A stretch of DNA of 64,000 bases from Nitrosopumilaceae archaeon (lineage in GTDB: Archaea; Thermoproteota; Nitrososphaeria; Nitrososphaerales; Nitrosopumilaceae), in NCBI GenBank assembly GCA_965214835.1, contig CBDCCK010000002.1:800001-864000 (forward strand), written 5' to 3'. Below are positions 1-9,892 of the stretch, piece after piece. Within the stretch, counting starts at the first letter, position 1. Each line of letters starts with the position of its first letter. Made by a program: the position numbers and the translations under genes. The notes under the pieces are model-generated. The model did not search any database. It saw only the letters and a program-made list of their open reading frames with translations, and was not told the DNA's origin.

Positions 1-85
1 CCATAAAGGAGCAGATCAGGGCAACGGCGATCCCCGAAATCAGCGCCTTTTGAACAAATCCATAGGAGAGCGCCTCAAGAACCAT
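1..85 (-). CDS. znuB: Metal ABC transporter permease (ZnuB-like), 5' part; runs off the window
   Basis: Manual translation MVLEALSYGFVQKALISGIAVALICSL, directly downstream of the ABC ATPase. Confidence 0.8.
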   Translation of the reverse strand, partial: MVLEALSYGFVQKALISGIAVALICSFM

Positions 86-102
86 GCGTATCGCCTAAGA
101 CC

Positions 103-912
103 TCAATGCGCATCATGATGATGCATGTGCATTTGCATGGATGATTCCGTGTATGTCTTTAGGAGATCCTCGTCGGAGAAGAACGTCTCTTTTTGGCCGT
201 GGAAGAACAGCTTTTTGTTCATGCATGCGACCCTGTTTGCATATCTTGATATGGCATCAAGGTCATGGGACGACCAGATGACGGTGATTTTGTTTTCCTC
301 GTTTATTTTTTTGATGACGTTGTAGAATTTTGTCTGTGACTCGACATCTACACTGGTTACGGGCTCGTCAAGAATAAGCAGTAGGGGATCCTTTACGAGG
401 GATTTTGCAATAAAGACACGCTGCAGCTCCCCCCCGGACAACTCCCCGATTCTCCTGTTTCGCAGGGCCTCAAGTCCCACTGTTTTCAGAGCCTCGGTCA
501 CCTTGTCGTCATTGCTTCCAATTTTTTTGTACATCCTGTTCCAACAACAGCCGCACTGCTGAATCAGCTTGGCGCCCCTGACGAGCTTGCTATCGGATAT
601 TATTCCCATGGATACGACATCGTATACGGTGGCAGGAAAGTTTGGTTCAAATATCACCTTTTGTGGCACGTACCCAATCAGCGGCAGCAGCGAGCGGTGC
701 TTTGAGCTTTCAAATCCAAACAGCTTGATCTTCCCGGAATACTGCTGCAGTCCCAAAACTGCCCTGAACAGGGTGGTCTTGCCGGCCCCGTTGGGCCCGA
801 CAATTCCAAGCAGATCCCCTTCCTGCACGTCAAAGCTGATCCGGTCAACTGCCAGGTGGTTGTTATATCCTATACTAAGATCCCTTACTTCCAGTACGCT
901 TGTCATTGACAT
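103..912 (-). CDS. znuC: Zn/Mn ABC transporter ATP-binding protein
   Basis: Walker A GPNGAGKT, signature LSGGELQR, Walker B LILDEP, YVPQK, His-rich tail. Confidence 0.92.
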   Translation of the reverse strand: MSMTSVLEVRDLSIGYNNHLAVDRISFDVQEGDLLGIVGPNGAGKTTLFRAVLGLQQYSGKIKLFGFESSKHRSLLPLIGYVPQKVIFEPNFPATVYDVVSMGIISDSKLVRGAKLIQQCGCCWNRMYKKIGSNDDKVTEALKTVGLEALRNRRIGELSGGELQRVFIAKSLVKDPLLLILDEPVTSVDVESQTKFYNVIKKINEENKITVIWSSHDLDAISRYANRVACMNKKLFFHGQKETFFSDEDLLKTYTESSMQMHMHHHDAH

Positions 913-2362
913 TCCAAGGCAATCTTTAGGGCCGCCAGGTTCTGTTCCATCTTATCAATATACGTGACATCCTGCCCTACCTCGTCCTGGGATAGCGCCT
1001 CTATCGGGCTAAACAGCATTACTCTGGCACCGGCCTCGTCTGCAATCACCTCGGCTAGTCTCGGATCCACCAGCTCCTCGGAGAATATTACCTTGATGTC
1101 ATTGTCACGTACAAAGTCTACAAACTCTGCAATCTCCGCAGCCGAGGCCTCTGACTCTGGAGCAAGTCCGCCCAGTGGCATTATGTGGAGGTCATACCGC
1201 TCGGCAAGATACGTAAACGCGTTGTGGAACGGGACGAAGGTGTCCTGGTCACATGATGACAGGGACGTCCTGATGCTTGCGTCCAGGGCTTCTAGCTTTG
1301 CATTGTATTCTAGCGCGTTTTGCTCATAATGTTCCCTGTTCTCGGGATCCGCCTCTACAAGGCCGTCCCTGATGTTGTCCACCTGCTGTTGTGCCAGCAC
1401 TGGATCCAGCCAGATGTGCGGGTCAAACTCATAGTCGTGATCGTGTTCATCATGCTTGGCATCGTCGTCGTGTTCATCATGCTTGGCATCGTCGTCGTGT
1501 TCATCATGCTTGGCATCGTCGTCGTGTTCATCATGCTTGGCATCGTCGTCGTGTTCATCATGCTTGGCATCGTCGTCGTGTTCATCATGCTTGGCATCGT
1601 CGTCGTGTTCATCATGCTTGGCATCGTCGTCGTGTTCAACTTCTTCGTAGCTTCCAGAATGAAATGGTATATTTCCTCTATTCCCTGTTCGGCACTAAAA
1701 TGGCCGTCTTCTACCTCGTGTAACAGCTCCTCTATAGTCTCAATTGTTTGGTTGCCATGATCATGTCCATCGCCCTCGTGCTGGTGAAGGATTTCCTCTA
1801 TTTGTTCAAGCGTTTGTGACTCGGTTATATGCCCATGCGCGAATTCATCTATTACGGCATCTATCTCCCCAAGGAATTCTTTTGCATGCTCGCCATGTTC
1901 CTCCTCATGCTCGCCGTGTTCCTCCTCATGCCCATGCTCGTCATGATCTTCATCTGGTTTCACCAGCTCGACTGATTCTGATGCCTTGACAAAGGACACG
2001 TGCTCAAACTCCCCGGACTCCATCAGGTTATCAACATAAGGCTCCATTCCCAGTCCGTTGTATACAAAAACGTCTGCATCCTTGAGGGACTGGATCTCCA
2101 GCGCCCTTGGCTCCCAGTCATGTGCCTCTACCCCGGACGGGAGGTACTGCTCTACAATCGCATGCTCTCCGGCAACGTTTTTTGTAAATTCATAGTATGG
2201 ATAAAACGACGCAAAAACGAGAATTTTCTCTACATCAGCCGTGACCTCCACGGGAGTCGGGTCTACAGGCGCTGCGCCATCAAGTCCGCTTGCAGCAACG
2301 ACTCCGACTATTACCGCAACCGCGATTCCGATTCCAATTGATGCAACGACTGATTTCTTCAT
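903..2362 (-). CDS. znuA: Zn/Mn ABC substrate-binding protein with long His/Asp-rich loop; 1-nt frameshift near 1658 (pseudogene or sequencing error)
   Basis: N-half has EAHDWEP and YNGLGME; C-half has DPHIWLDP and FHNAFTYLA. The halves join if one T is added at 1658-1659. Confidence 0.88.
1441..1638. repeat. 27-bp tandem repeat x7.3 encoding (EHDDDAKHD)n
   Basis: Unit TCGTGTTCATCATGCTTGGCATCGTCG, seven perfect copies. Confidence 0.97.
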
Positions 2363-2380
2363 GCCCGTCTTCCATAATGG

Positions 2381-2508
2381 ATTATTAACAATATAATATA
2401 AACTTAATAAAAAATCTCAGAATCCCCGTGGTTGTTAATAATCAAATGGGCGCGATTTACCCTGAAATTATTAAAAAATCATACTAGGTTTAAATAATAA
2501 TTAATAAT
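2381..2508. promoter_or_regulatory. Divergent promoter region with ATTATTAA/TTAATAA(T) half-sites, candidate metal-regulator operators
   Basis: Half-sites at 2381, 2404, 2435, 2467 and 2501, between znuA and the NikR-like gene. Confidence 0.45.
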
Positions 2509-2518
2509 CAGCAGATCA

Positions 2519-2902
2519 ATGCCTGTCGTCTCAATATCGCTAAACGACGAGATGTTGGAGGAGCTTGACAAGCTGCAGAACCTGATGGGGTTTACCGGAA
2601 GATCCGAGATCATACGTGCAGGAATCAGGACGTTTGTGCAAGAGGAAAAGCAGAAGCAGGAGCTAAGGGGAAAGCAAAGTGCGGTTCTCATCGTGGTCCA
2701 CGCAGACGAGTTTGACGACCAGGTTGCACGGATAAAGCATGATTATGAGGATCTGATCAGGACCCATCTCCACAACAGGATAGGGGGAGACAGGTGCATG
2801 GAGATGTTTTTCCTGGACGGCGACTCAAAAAAAATCCAGTCGATAACCAATGGATTCCTTACCGATAGAAAGATGGATACGGTAAAGCTGGTTGCCCTGT
2901 GA
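2519..2902 (+). CDS. NikR/CopG-family ribbon-helix-helix metal-responsive regulator
   Basis: VVSISL..L.ELD...GFTGRSEIIR; C-terminal H-x-H...C metal site (THLHNRIGGDRC). Confidence 0.88.
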   Translation: MPVVSISLNDEMLEELDKLQNLMGFTGRSEIIRAGIRTFVQEEKQKQELRGKQSAVLIVVHADEFDDQVARIKHDYEDLIRTHLHNRIGGDRCMEMFFLDGDSKKIQSITNGFLTDRKMDTVKLVAL

Positions 2903-3030
2903 TTCATTTGGCTGGCGCCCCCTAGGTACATTTCGCTCCCTGCCTAAGATTCGCTCGCCGGTCTAGACGTCGCGTGTTGTGCGCCGGTCGGCCGCTCTTT
3001 TTTCCGAAGGACGGCACAGGAGGTGCGATG

Positions 3031-3160
3031 GAGGTTGTCGCCTAATTCCCCCTGCCTGACTCAATCTGCACACTTTTCTGAATTTCCACTTCCTTTGCAC
3101 GCCTAATCCAGACGACACCACATGGTTTTTAGGAATTCTGATGAATTAGGTGACAACCTC
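3031..3160. mobile_element. MITE family A (130 bp, IS256-like ends), copy 1
   Basis: TIR GAGGTTGTCGCCTAATTC / GAATTAGGTGACAACCTC; 9-bp TSD GGTGCGATG/GGTACGATG. Confidence 0.85.
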
Positions 3161-3714
3161 GGTACGATGTCACGTCTCTCCCGGCCAGGTGTGGAGGCCA
3201 TATCGGCATGCAGGTTCGTGCAAGTGCGGTCGGCCTCGTACGGCAAGGGCGGCAGTGGACAGCTCCGACAGGATGCACTGTCATACCCCCTGCCAAGCCT
3301 TCTCGTTGTGCTCCTTGATCCACTGCTTTACTAGCGGCAGCAGCCTGTCCACATCCATGTTTTTGGATTTCAGACTGATTGCAAAATTATTGTTGTGCGT
3401 GGAGGACGAGTCGTTTACCTCGATTTTGATCTCGTTTACGGTCTTGTCGCAAATCCCCAATTTCAGTCCCCCGTAATTCCTGTCATGTTAAGAGTGGAGA
3501 AAGATGTAAGACCGGCGGCGCCGGTTCCTACCTCTTCAATAGTGGATGGTATATACGCATTGCATGTCAGATTGCAGCGGATACTGTCGGAATGAAAGCC
3601 AAGAGTGCTCACTATTGCTATCAATGATAGTTTTTCCACACAATACTGTAGACATGGTTATTAAAAAATGTATGTTTTTTGATAAAAATTAATAATAAAC
3701 TCAATGTATTTAAT

Positions 3715-4014
3715 ATGACTGGGCATAGGATGTTGGGTGTGTCAAGACAGGAAAAAAGGATCAGTGGGGCGTACGTCCTGCTGAACTGCAAGAAGGGCGG
3801 CGAGGAAAAGATTGCCGAAACGCTCAAGCGGATCAGGGAGGTAAGGGAGGTGCAGTGCATCGAGGGCCCATACAACCTCATAATAAAACTAGAGTCAGAC
3901 TCTAGGGATGTGCTGCAGGAGATCATTACCTGGAGAATCCGAAGGCTGGATGACGTCAAGGCCACGTATACCCTCGGGTATGACGAGGATGCCGCCGCAT
4001 GCGAGGGGTTCTAA
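3715..4014 (+). CDS. Lrp/AsnC ligand-binding (RAM) domain protein
   Basis: AYVLLNC..G.E..I...L, GPYNLIIKLE, IRRLDDVKATYT. Confidence 0.85.
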   Translation: MTGHRMLGVSRQEKRISGAYVLLNCKKGGEEKIAETLKRIREVREVQCIEGPYNLIIKLESDSRDVLQEIITWRIRRLDDVKATYTLGYDEDAAACEGF

Positions 4015-4472
4015 TGGAGAGGATGTATGTCAGGACGGCAGAAGACGAGCATGTGGAGATGTATCTCAAGGCAATGTGCATCATAGAGGAGGAGGGGCGC
4101 CCGCTGAAGATCAGCACCATTGCAAGGGTGCTGGACATACAGCAGCCAAGCGTGATCCAGATGCTAAGAAAACTGGATGGTAAAAACCTCATCACATACA
4201 GCAAGCTGGGCATAGCAGTCAATGAGCAGGGGAGGAGAATCGGCCAGAACACGATACGAAAAGGCCGTCTGCTAGAGGCCATGATGACGGAGCTGCTAAG
4301 GATCAACGCCGATCCAAAGATCATTTGCGGCATCGAGCACCACATGAGCGACGAGTTTACAGACGCGCTGTCGGACCTGCTGGGAAATCCGGACAGGACT
4401 CCAAGTGGAAAAAGCATACCGCCGGGGGCTAGGAGCTGGCCTTTAGAATCCTCTGAAAGGCAGGCAGTGTGA
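4014..4472 (+). CDS. DtxR/MntR-family metal-dependent repressor
   Basis: EMYLKAM, IARVLDIQQPSVIQMLRKL, CGIEHHMS, NP..TPSGKSIP. Confidence 0.88.
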   Translation: MERMYVRTAEDEHVEMYLKAMCIIEEEGRPLKISTIARVLDIQQPSVIQMLRKLDGKNLITYSKLGIAVNEQGRRIGQNTIRKGRLLEAMMTELLRINADPKIICGIEHHMSDEFTDALSDLLGNPDRTPSGKSIPPGARSWPLESSERQAV

Positions 4473-5472
4473 CCATCTCCCCAAAGTCAGGGTCCCGGGC
4501 GACCTTGTGCAGGAAGCTTTCATGATCATGATCATGATCGTCCATCCTCGATATTTTCGAGACCAGCCTGCAGGCGGCTGCATAGTCGCCCATTTTTGCA
4601 GCACTTTTTGCCTTGTGGTAAAGCGCGTTTGCGTCATTGGGCTCTACTGCCAGCGCCTTGTCAAAGCAGGTCACCGCCCTGCGGTATTTGCCCATCAGGT
4701 GAAGTGAGTAGCCCTTGTTGATCAGGACGTCGGCGTTTTTCCTGTCGTTTCTCAGAACCCTGTCAAAGCAGCCGATGGCATCTAGGGGCATGTCCAGCTG
4801 GTTGCAGGCAATGCCCAGTCGAAAGACCGCATCGACGTCGCCCGGGGCGCCCGCCACGGCCCGGCGAAAGCAGTCATGGGCCTGCCCGAACCTCCCGGTC
4901 TCCAGCAGCGAGTTGCCAAGATTGCACAGGGTGTCGACGTCGCCCGGCGAGCAGTCCAGCGCCTTTTCAAAGTACGATATCGCCCTTTTGTGGTTTTTCT
5001 GTCCCGCATACACTATTCCGATGTTGTTCAGGATTTCGATGTCAGAGGGGGATTTCTTCAGTGCGCGCCTGTATGCGGATATCGCGTCCTTGTGCATCCC
5101 CAGCGCCACTAGCGAGTTTGCCTTGTTGCACAGGGCGTTGACGTCGCCTGGCCTTGACTCGAGCACGAGATCAAACACTGCGAGCGATTCCTCGTACCTG
5201 TCCATGTCATAAAGGGTGGTGGCCTTGTTGTACAGCACGTCGTGATCGCCGGGCCGGATTTTCAGCGCCTTGTCATACGCCCTCAGTGACTTTTGATACT
5301 CCCCGGCATGTACCAGGCAGGTGGCCCGGTTTGCAACTGCCTCAAAGTCGTCGGGCGCAAGCCGCAGTATCCTGTCAAGGCAGTCCAGCGCCTTTTGATA
5401 GTTCCTCCTCTTCAGGTGCCGCAGGGCATCATCGTGGTACCGCGCAACTGTCCTGGCAGGGTTGGGTTTCAT
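4429..5472 (-). CDS. Tetratricopeptide repeat protein
   Basis: About 9 TPR-like 34-aa repeats. Confidence 0.9.
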   Translation of the reverse strand: MKPNPARTVARYHDDALRHLKRRNYQKALDCLDRILRLAPDDFEAVANRATCLVHAGEYQKSLRAYDKALKIRPGDHDVLYNKATTLYDMDRYEESLAVFDLVLESRPGDVNALCNKANSLVALGMHKDAISAYRRALKKSPSDIEILNNIGIVYAGQKNHKRAISYFEKALDCSPGDVDTLCNLGNSLLETGRFGQAHDCFRRAVAGAPGDVDAVFRLGIACNQLDMPLDAIGCFDRVLRNDRKNADVLINKGYSLHLMGKYRRAVTCFDKALAVEPNDANALYHKAKSAAKMGDYAAACRLVSKISRMDDHDHDHESFLHKVARDPDFGEMVTLPAFQRILKASS

Positions 5473-5541
5473 CGTACTCCGACCGGGTTGATCGGATTTA
5501 TTCCATGCGAATCCGGCATTCCGGGCAGGGCTCCGCTGTCC

Positions 5542-6909
5542 CTAGCGCAGGCCCCAGCCGCGGGGGGACAGCCTCCTTCCAAGCAGGACTGCCGATGACA
5601 TTCCGGCAACCAGGACAAGCGACGCGATCACCCCGAACTCGGGGGCCACAACTATTCCAAACTCCGTCGACTTGCCGCTGCCACGAATGTCCTCGAACCT
5701 GATCACGGTCGGCCCGGTCTGATCCTCGCCAAACATATAGTCAACAAAGTCCCCCCCCACCTGGGCATTGCCGCCCTCCCTGTGGATCTCCTCGCCGTTT
5801 TGCAGGATTACAAAGTCAAAGGCGGAATTTCTGAGGGGCTCGTCGGTGGCGCCGTCCCGGATGGTAAACACGAACTTTGTCTCCTGCCCGGGGACGATCT
5901 CCAGCGGATCCCACGACAGGTCGATCTTGAACGACTCGTCCCGCGTCCAGGCCGAGACTGGAAGCTCCACAACGTCGTTTGTCTGCAGCGTGAAGACCAT
6001 CCTGTCGCCGATGGGCCCGCCTGACTGCTTGAGCTGGTTCTTGATGTATCTCAGGTGATCCTGCAGGAGTACAAAGTGCACGATGCGCTCGGATTCCTCG
6101 GTATAGTCGTCTACGACAACGGAGGACTTGAAGAGCTCCACCCCGTTGACCCGGCCGGAGTAGCCCGGGGCCAGAAACTCCAAAAACTCCTTTGGAAAGT
6201 GAACCTCCTCGTGAACCACCGGAATGTGGGATATCCTCTCCTCCTTCCAGTCAAACGGCATCTCAAACGTCACGGTCCTGGTTGCAGGATCATACTCAAA
6301 CGAGCCGATGGAGTCAAAATACGACTTTGTCCTGAACTTGACGTCATTTTCCTGCCCGTCCTTTTGGAAAAACTCCTCGGTTTCAACTATGGTAACGTCC
6401 GCGGTATATACCCCAAGATCCTCGATTACGTTTGTCGGCTCGTCTACGGTCCTGATTTCAATCTCAAAGGTGTACAGCCCCCCCGACTCAAAGACCGGGC
6501 CGGTTATCTCCAGGGGCTGCTCGGGAGTCGGGTGCCAGGCGCCCAGCAGGGAGTCCTGCCCGCCGTCAATGATAACTGCGTCCCCGTCGGAGTATTTGAC
6601 ATTCATTGAGACTGTCCCGTCCCCGCCAAAAAAGTAGTTTCTAAAGATCATCTCCCCGTCATGAAACAGGCCGACCAGGTACGTGACGTTTGGGACGCTT
6701 TCCCCCGACTGGCCGTCCGTTGCGCTGATTGTGACCTGGCGCTCGCCGGTCTCGTCATAGTAGGATGGAATCTCGACACTGACTGAGATTTCCCGCCCGT
6801 CAACTGCAATGGGGGGGGTTGTATCCAATCCGAGGCCGTGGCCGAACGCGTGGGGGGCATATACGGCAAGCAGTGCAAGGGCCGGTAAAATCAGAATCTG
6901 GCTGTTCAT
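5542..6909 (-). CDS. Secreted PEFG-CTERM sorting domain protein
   Basis: Signal peptide, HGLGLD start, C-terminal APEFG + TM helix + RR. Confidence 0.9.
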   Translation of the reverse strand: MNSQILILPALALLAVYAPHAFGHGLGLDTTPPIAVDGREISVSVEIPSYYDETGERQVTISATDGQSGESVPNVTYLVGLFHDGEMIFRNYFFGGDGTVSMNVKYSDGDAVIIDGGQDSLLGAWHPTPEQPLEITGPVFESGGLYTFEIEIRTVDEPTNVIEDLGVYTADVTIVETEEFFQKDGQENDVKFRTKSYFDSIGSFEYDPATRTVTFEMPFDWKEERISHIPVVHEEVHFPKEFLEFLAPGYSGRVNGVELFKSSVVVDDYTEESERIVHFVLLQDHLRYIKNQLKQSGGPIGDRMVFTLQTNDVVELPVSAWTRDESFKIDLSWDPLEIVPGQETKFVFTIRDGATDEPLRNSAFDFVILQNGEEIHREGGNAQVGGDFVDYMFGEDQTGPTVIRFEDIRGSGKSTEFGIVVAPEFGVIASLVLVAGMSSAVLLGRRLSPRGWGLR

Positions 6910-6952
6910 TGGCTCCACCTTCAAAAACGACTATGCTCCTAAAAAATCAATG

Positions 6953-7882
6953 CTAGAGTCCGCCTTCATTTAGTGCCAGACCCAGCAGTGCGGCCCTCGT
7001 ATACTTGCCATATTCGGCCTGCTGAAAGTACCTTGCGTGATCGGTAGAGTCGACCTCCGTGGAGACCTCATCGAGCCGGGGCAGGGGATGCAGGATGACC
7101 GCGTCATCCTTCATTTTCTTGACCATGTCCAGCCCGATGACATAGCTTCCCCTTACCTTGAGGTACTCCTCCTCGTCGGGGAACCTTTCCTTTTGAATTC
7201 TTGTGACATAGATCACGTCAAGCTCGTCAATGCAGTCCTCGATGTCAGCTGACTCGGTGAACGAAAGTTTCTGCTTGATGTCATAAACCGAGTCGGGGCG
7301 AATCCTCAGGGACTCTGGGGAGATAAGGTGCACGTCAACATCATAGTTTCCCAGGCCGTACAAAAGGGAGTATACGGTCCTTCCATATTTCAGATCGCCG
7401 ACGATGCCGATCCTCAACCCGTCAATCCTCCTTTTTTCCCTTTTTATTGTAAACAGATCCTGCAGCGCCTGCGTGGGGTGCTCCTCGGTGCCGCTTCCGC
7501 CATTGATGACCGGCTTGGATGAGACCTCGGCTGCAAACCTGCTAGAGCCGTCCAAGGGGTGACGCAGGACTAGGACGTCAGAGTATATCGACATGATTTT
7601 TACGGTATCGGAGAGGCTCTCGCCCTTCTGGGCAGATGACGAGGCGACATCGGAGATTCCCAGCGAGGTTCCCCCGATCAGTGCCATTGCAGACTCGAAG
7701 CTAAGCCGGGTCCTCGTACTTGGCTCAAAGAACAGGTAGCCCAGGGTTTTTCCGCGTCCGATTTCACGGCGCCGTCCGGGCTCCATGCCGATGATTTTCT
7801 CGGTGGCATCAAAGACACGGCCCAGCCTCTCCCTGTCAAAGTCCTTGATTGATATGACATCCCTGCCGAAGAACTCGCTCAT
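6953..7882 (-). CDS. pyrB: Aspartate carbamoyltransferase catalytic subunit
   Basis: FFEPSTRTRLSF, HPTQALQD, HPLPR. Confidence 0.97.
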   Translation of the reverse strand: MSEFFGRDVISIKDFDRERLGRVFDATEKIIGMEPGRRREIGRGKTLGYLFFEPSTRTRLSFESAMALIGGTSLGISDVASSSAQKGESLSDTVKIMSIYSDVLVLRHPLDGSSRFAAEVSSKPVINGGSGTEEHPTQALQDLFTIKREKRRIDGLRIGIVGDLKYGRTVYSLLYGLGNYDVDVHLISPESLRIRPDSVYDIKQKLSFTESADIEDCIDELDVIYVTRIQKERFPDEEEYLKVRGSYVIGLDMVKKMKDDAVILHPLPRLDEVSTEVDSTDHARYFQQAEYGKYTRAALLGLALNEGGL

Positions 7883-7924
7883 GCCTCTCAATCATATATA
7901 CGGGTGCATATACAAAGTATTCTG

Positions 7925-8389
7925 ATGCAGGAATCCGAGCTCATAGTAAGGCGGATCAGGGAGGGCACCGTAGTTGACCATATTGACGAGGGAAAGGGCC
8001 TGGCGGTGCTCAATGCCCTGAAGATCGACGGCCGGGACGGGGGCCTGATTACCATAGCGCTAAACGTTCCAAGCGGCAAGTTCAACAAAAAGGACATCAT
8101 CAAGGTGGAAAACAGGTTCCTGGTAGACGAGGATACCAGCAAGCTTGCAGTCATTGCGCCAAAGTCCACGGTCAACATCATCAAGGACTACAAGCTGGTC
8201 GAGAAGAGAAGGGTGTCGCTCCCAAGCGAGATAGACAAGATATTCCGGTGCTCAAATCCCGACTGCATTACTAACAGCTCCGAGCACATAGAGTCAATCA
8301 TGGACGTAGTCGACAAGGACAGCCTGATCCTAAGGTGCCGCTATTGCAGCAGGATCCTGGATGTCAACAAGCTAAACTACAACGCATGA
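7925..8389 (+). CDS. pyrI: Aspartate carbamoyltransferase regulatory subunit
   Basis: GTVVDHI, CSNPDCITN, CRYC. Confidence 0.96.
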   Translation: MQESELIVRRIREGTVVDHIDEGKGLAVLNALKIDGRDGGLITIALNVPSGKFNKKDIIKVENRFLVDEDTSKLAVIAPKSTVNIIKDYKLVEKRRVSLPSEIDKIFRCSNPDCITNSSEHIESIMDVVDKDSLILRCRYCSRILDVNKLNYNA

Positions 8390-8425
8390 GGGGCGCATGG
8401 TGCCTGTCTTCTGCCTAGGGCATGG

Positions 8426-9241
8426 GTGGACTTGTATGGACGCACGGGTTTAAACCTGTCAACCGCAAGTCTTTTGATTCCCCAAAACCAAGCAGGATCG
8501 CCGTTGATCAAAATCAAAAGGGAGCAGGATACCGCGTTTCTCTCTGCGTCCGTAGCGGACTTTGCAGACTCGCTTGGATACTGTGAATACAAGATACCCC
8601 TGTCGATTCGGGGGGTAAGGCCGAGGCGCTCCCGGTCCCTGATCATGGGCGCAAGGGCGCACCACGCAGAGGAGGCCTACGAGCGCGAGCACGTAAAACT
8701 GGAGCCGGTTACGGCCGAGGACATCGTAGACGAGCAGAGGGACATCGAGTTTGCGCGAGAAAACGTCTATTCTACGCTGTCTGTTCCCTTTGAGCTTCCC
8801 ACGGAAAACGCCCTAGTCACGCTCTCTGGCAGAATCGACAAGATCAGCAGGGTGGACGGAACGCTGATTGTCCAGGACGACAAGTTCGTGGCAGATCCGC
8901 ACAAGTATGACGGGATGGACAGGCCGTATCCGGGACAGATGCTGCAGGTCCTGGCGTACCTCAACTCCGTGTACTCCCCAAAGAGGGGCGGCAGTGCGGA
9001 GGACCTGTTTGAGATGCCGCACGCAAAAAAGAGGTGGGAGCTGAGAATATGCGATCGCATGACGAGGGAGCCCCACAGGGTGTTCTCAGAGTACCAGGAC
9101 GACTCCTCGCTTTCCTACCTGCATGCGTCCCTGAGGAGGTTCGCAGTAGTCGCGCTGGGTATCGCCGAACCCATGCATCACAACAGCCAGTCAAAATGCG
9201 ATGCATGCGGCCTCAGGGACGCCTGCTATTTCAGGATTTGA
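8426..9241 (+). CDS. Solo Cas4/Exo5-like PD-(D/E)xK Fe-S exonuclease (true start may be about 8475)
   Basis: N-terminal YCE, G...H, GRIDK...DDK, QVLAY, C-terminal CxxCxxxxxC. Confidence 0.75.
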   Translation: MDLYGRTGLNLSTASLLIPQNQAGSPLIKIKREQDTAFLSASVADFADSLGYCEYKIPLSIRGVRPRRSRSLIMGARAHHAEEAYEREHVKLEPVTAEDIVDEQRDIEFARENVYSTLSVPFELPTENALVTLSGRIDKISRVDGTLIVQDDKFVADPHKYDGMDRPYPGQMLQVLAYLNSVYSPKRGGSAEDLFEMPHAKKRWELRICDRMTREPHRVFSEYQDDSSLSYLHASLRRFAVVALGIAEPMHHNSQSKCDACGLRDACYFRI

Positions 9242-9399
9242 GCAGTCCGGGCCGGATCTTCGATTGTCCTGCAGATCCCCCTCTTAACACGGGGGTCGCC
9301 GCCTTTCCCACGCATCCCAAAAAGGCGCAGAGTCAAGGACGCGGGCATGTCCGGGCAGGGGACGCTTTTTTAAAAAACCGGAAAAGGTTGTCGGCCGGG

Positions 9400-9708
9400 C
9401 TATTGTCCCAGTATGATAAACATCATTACGATGCCGTAGATTGCAATCGACTCGACCATGCCTACGAAGATAAAGACCTTTGACTGCAGTGCAGGGTTCT
9501 CACTGATTACGGCAAGGCCTGCCGCGCCCACCTGGCCCAAACCTATGCCAGCACCGAATGCCGCCAGGCCGAATGCCAGGCCCGCACCTAGAATCTTGAG
9601 AGAGTCCGAACTTGCCGCCTCCTCGCCTTCTGCAGCGTATGCCACTCCGGTCAGACCCGTAGCAGAAACTGCAAGTGTTGCCAAAAGTAACAAGACTATG
9701 GGTTTCAT
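9400..9708 (-). CDS. atpK: A-type ATP synthase subunit c/K
   Basis: GAGIGLGQVG, GMVESIAIYG. Confidence 0.95.
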   Translation of the reverse strand: MKPIVLLLLATLAVSATGLTGVAYAAEGEEAASSDSLKILGAGLAFGLAAFGAGIGLGQVGAAGLAVISENPALQSKVFIFVGMVESIAIYGIVMMFIILGQ

Positions 9709-9760
9709 TGATATCCTCGCTCCCCAATGTCCATATTTAAATCATGATGATTTTTTTTGA

Positions 9761-9892
9761 TCAGATTTTGTCAAGGGTCTGCTTTTTGAAACTCTGCAGC
9801 TCGTCCCTGATGGCCTGCTTGGAATTTTTAAACTCCCGCTCTACTGCCTTTTTAGAGTCCTCGACTAGTTTTTTGATATCGTCTCTTGCCAT
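9761..9892 (-). CDS. Small 43-aa charged helical protein in the atp operon (subunit H/G-like)
   Basis: Manual translation MARDDIKKLVEDSKKAVEREFKNSKQAIRDELQSFKKQTLDKI; coupled to the atpD stop. Confidence 0.65.
   Translation of the reverse strand: MARDDIKKLVEDSKKAVEREFKNSKQAIRDELQSFKKQTLDKI

Noticed and set aside
1441-1638. 27-bp repeats as a CRISPR array
   Set aside because: Head-to-tail with no spacers; they encode the His-rich loop of ZnuA
3161-3560. Start-less minus-strand reading frame next to MITE A
   Set aside because: Internal stop and no recognisable family; probable pseudogene debris
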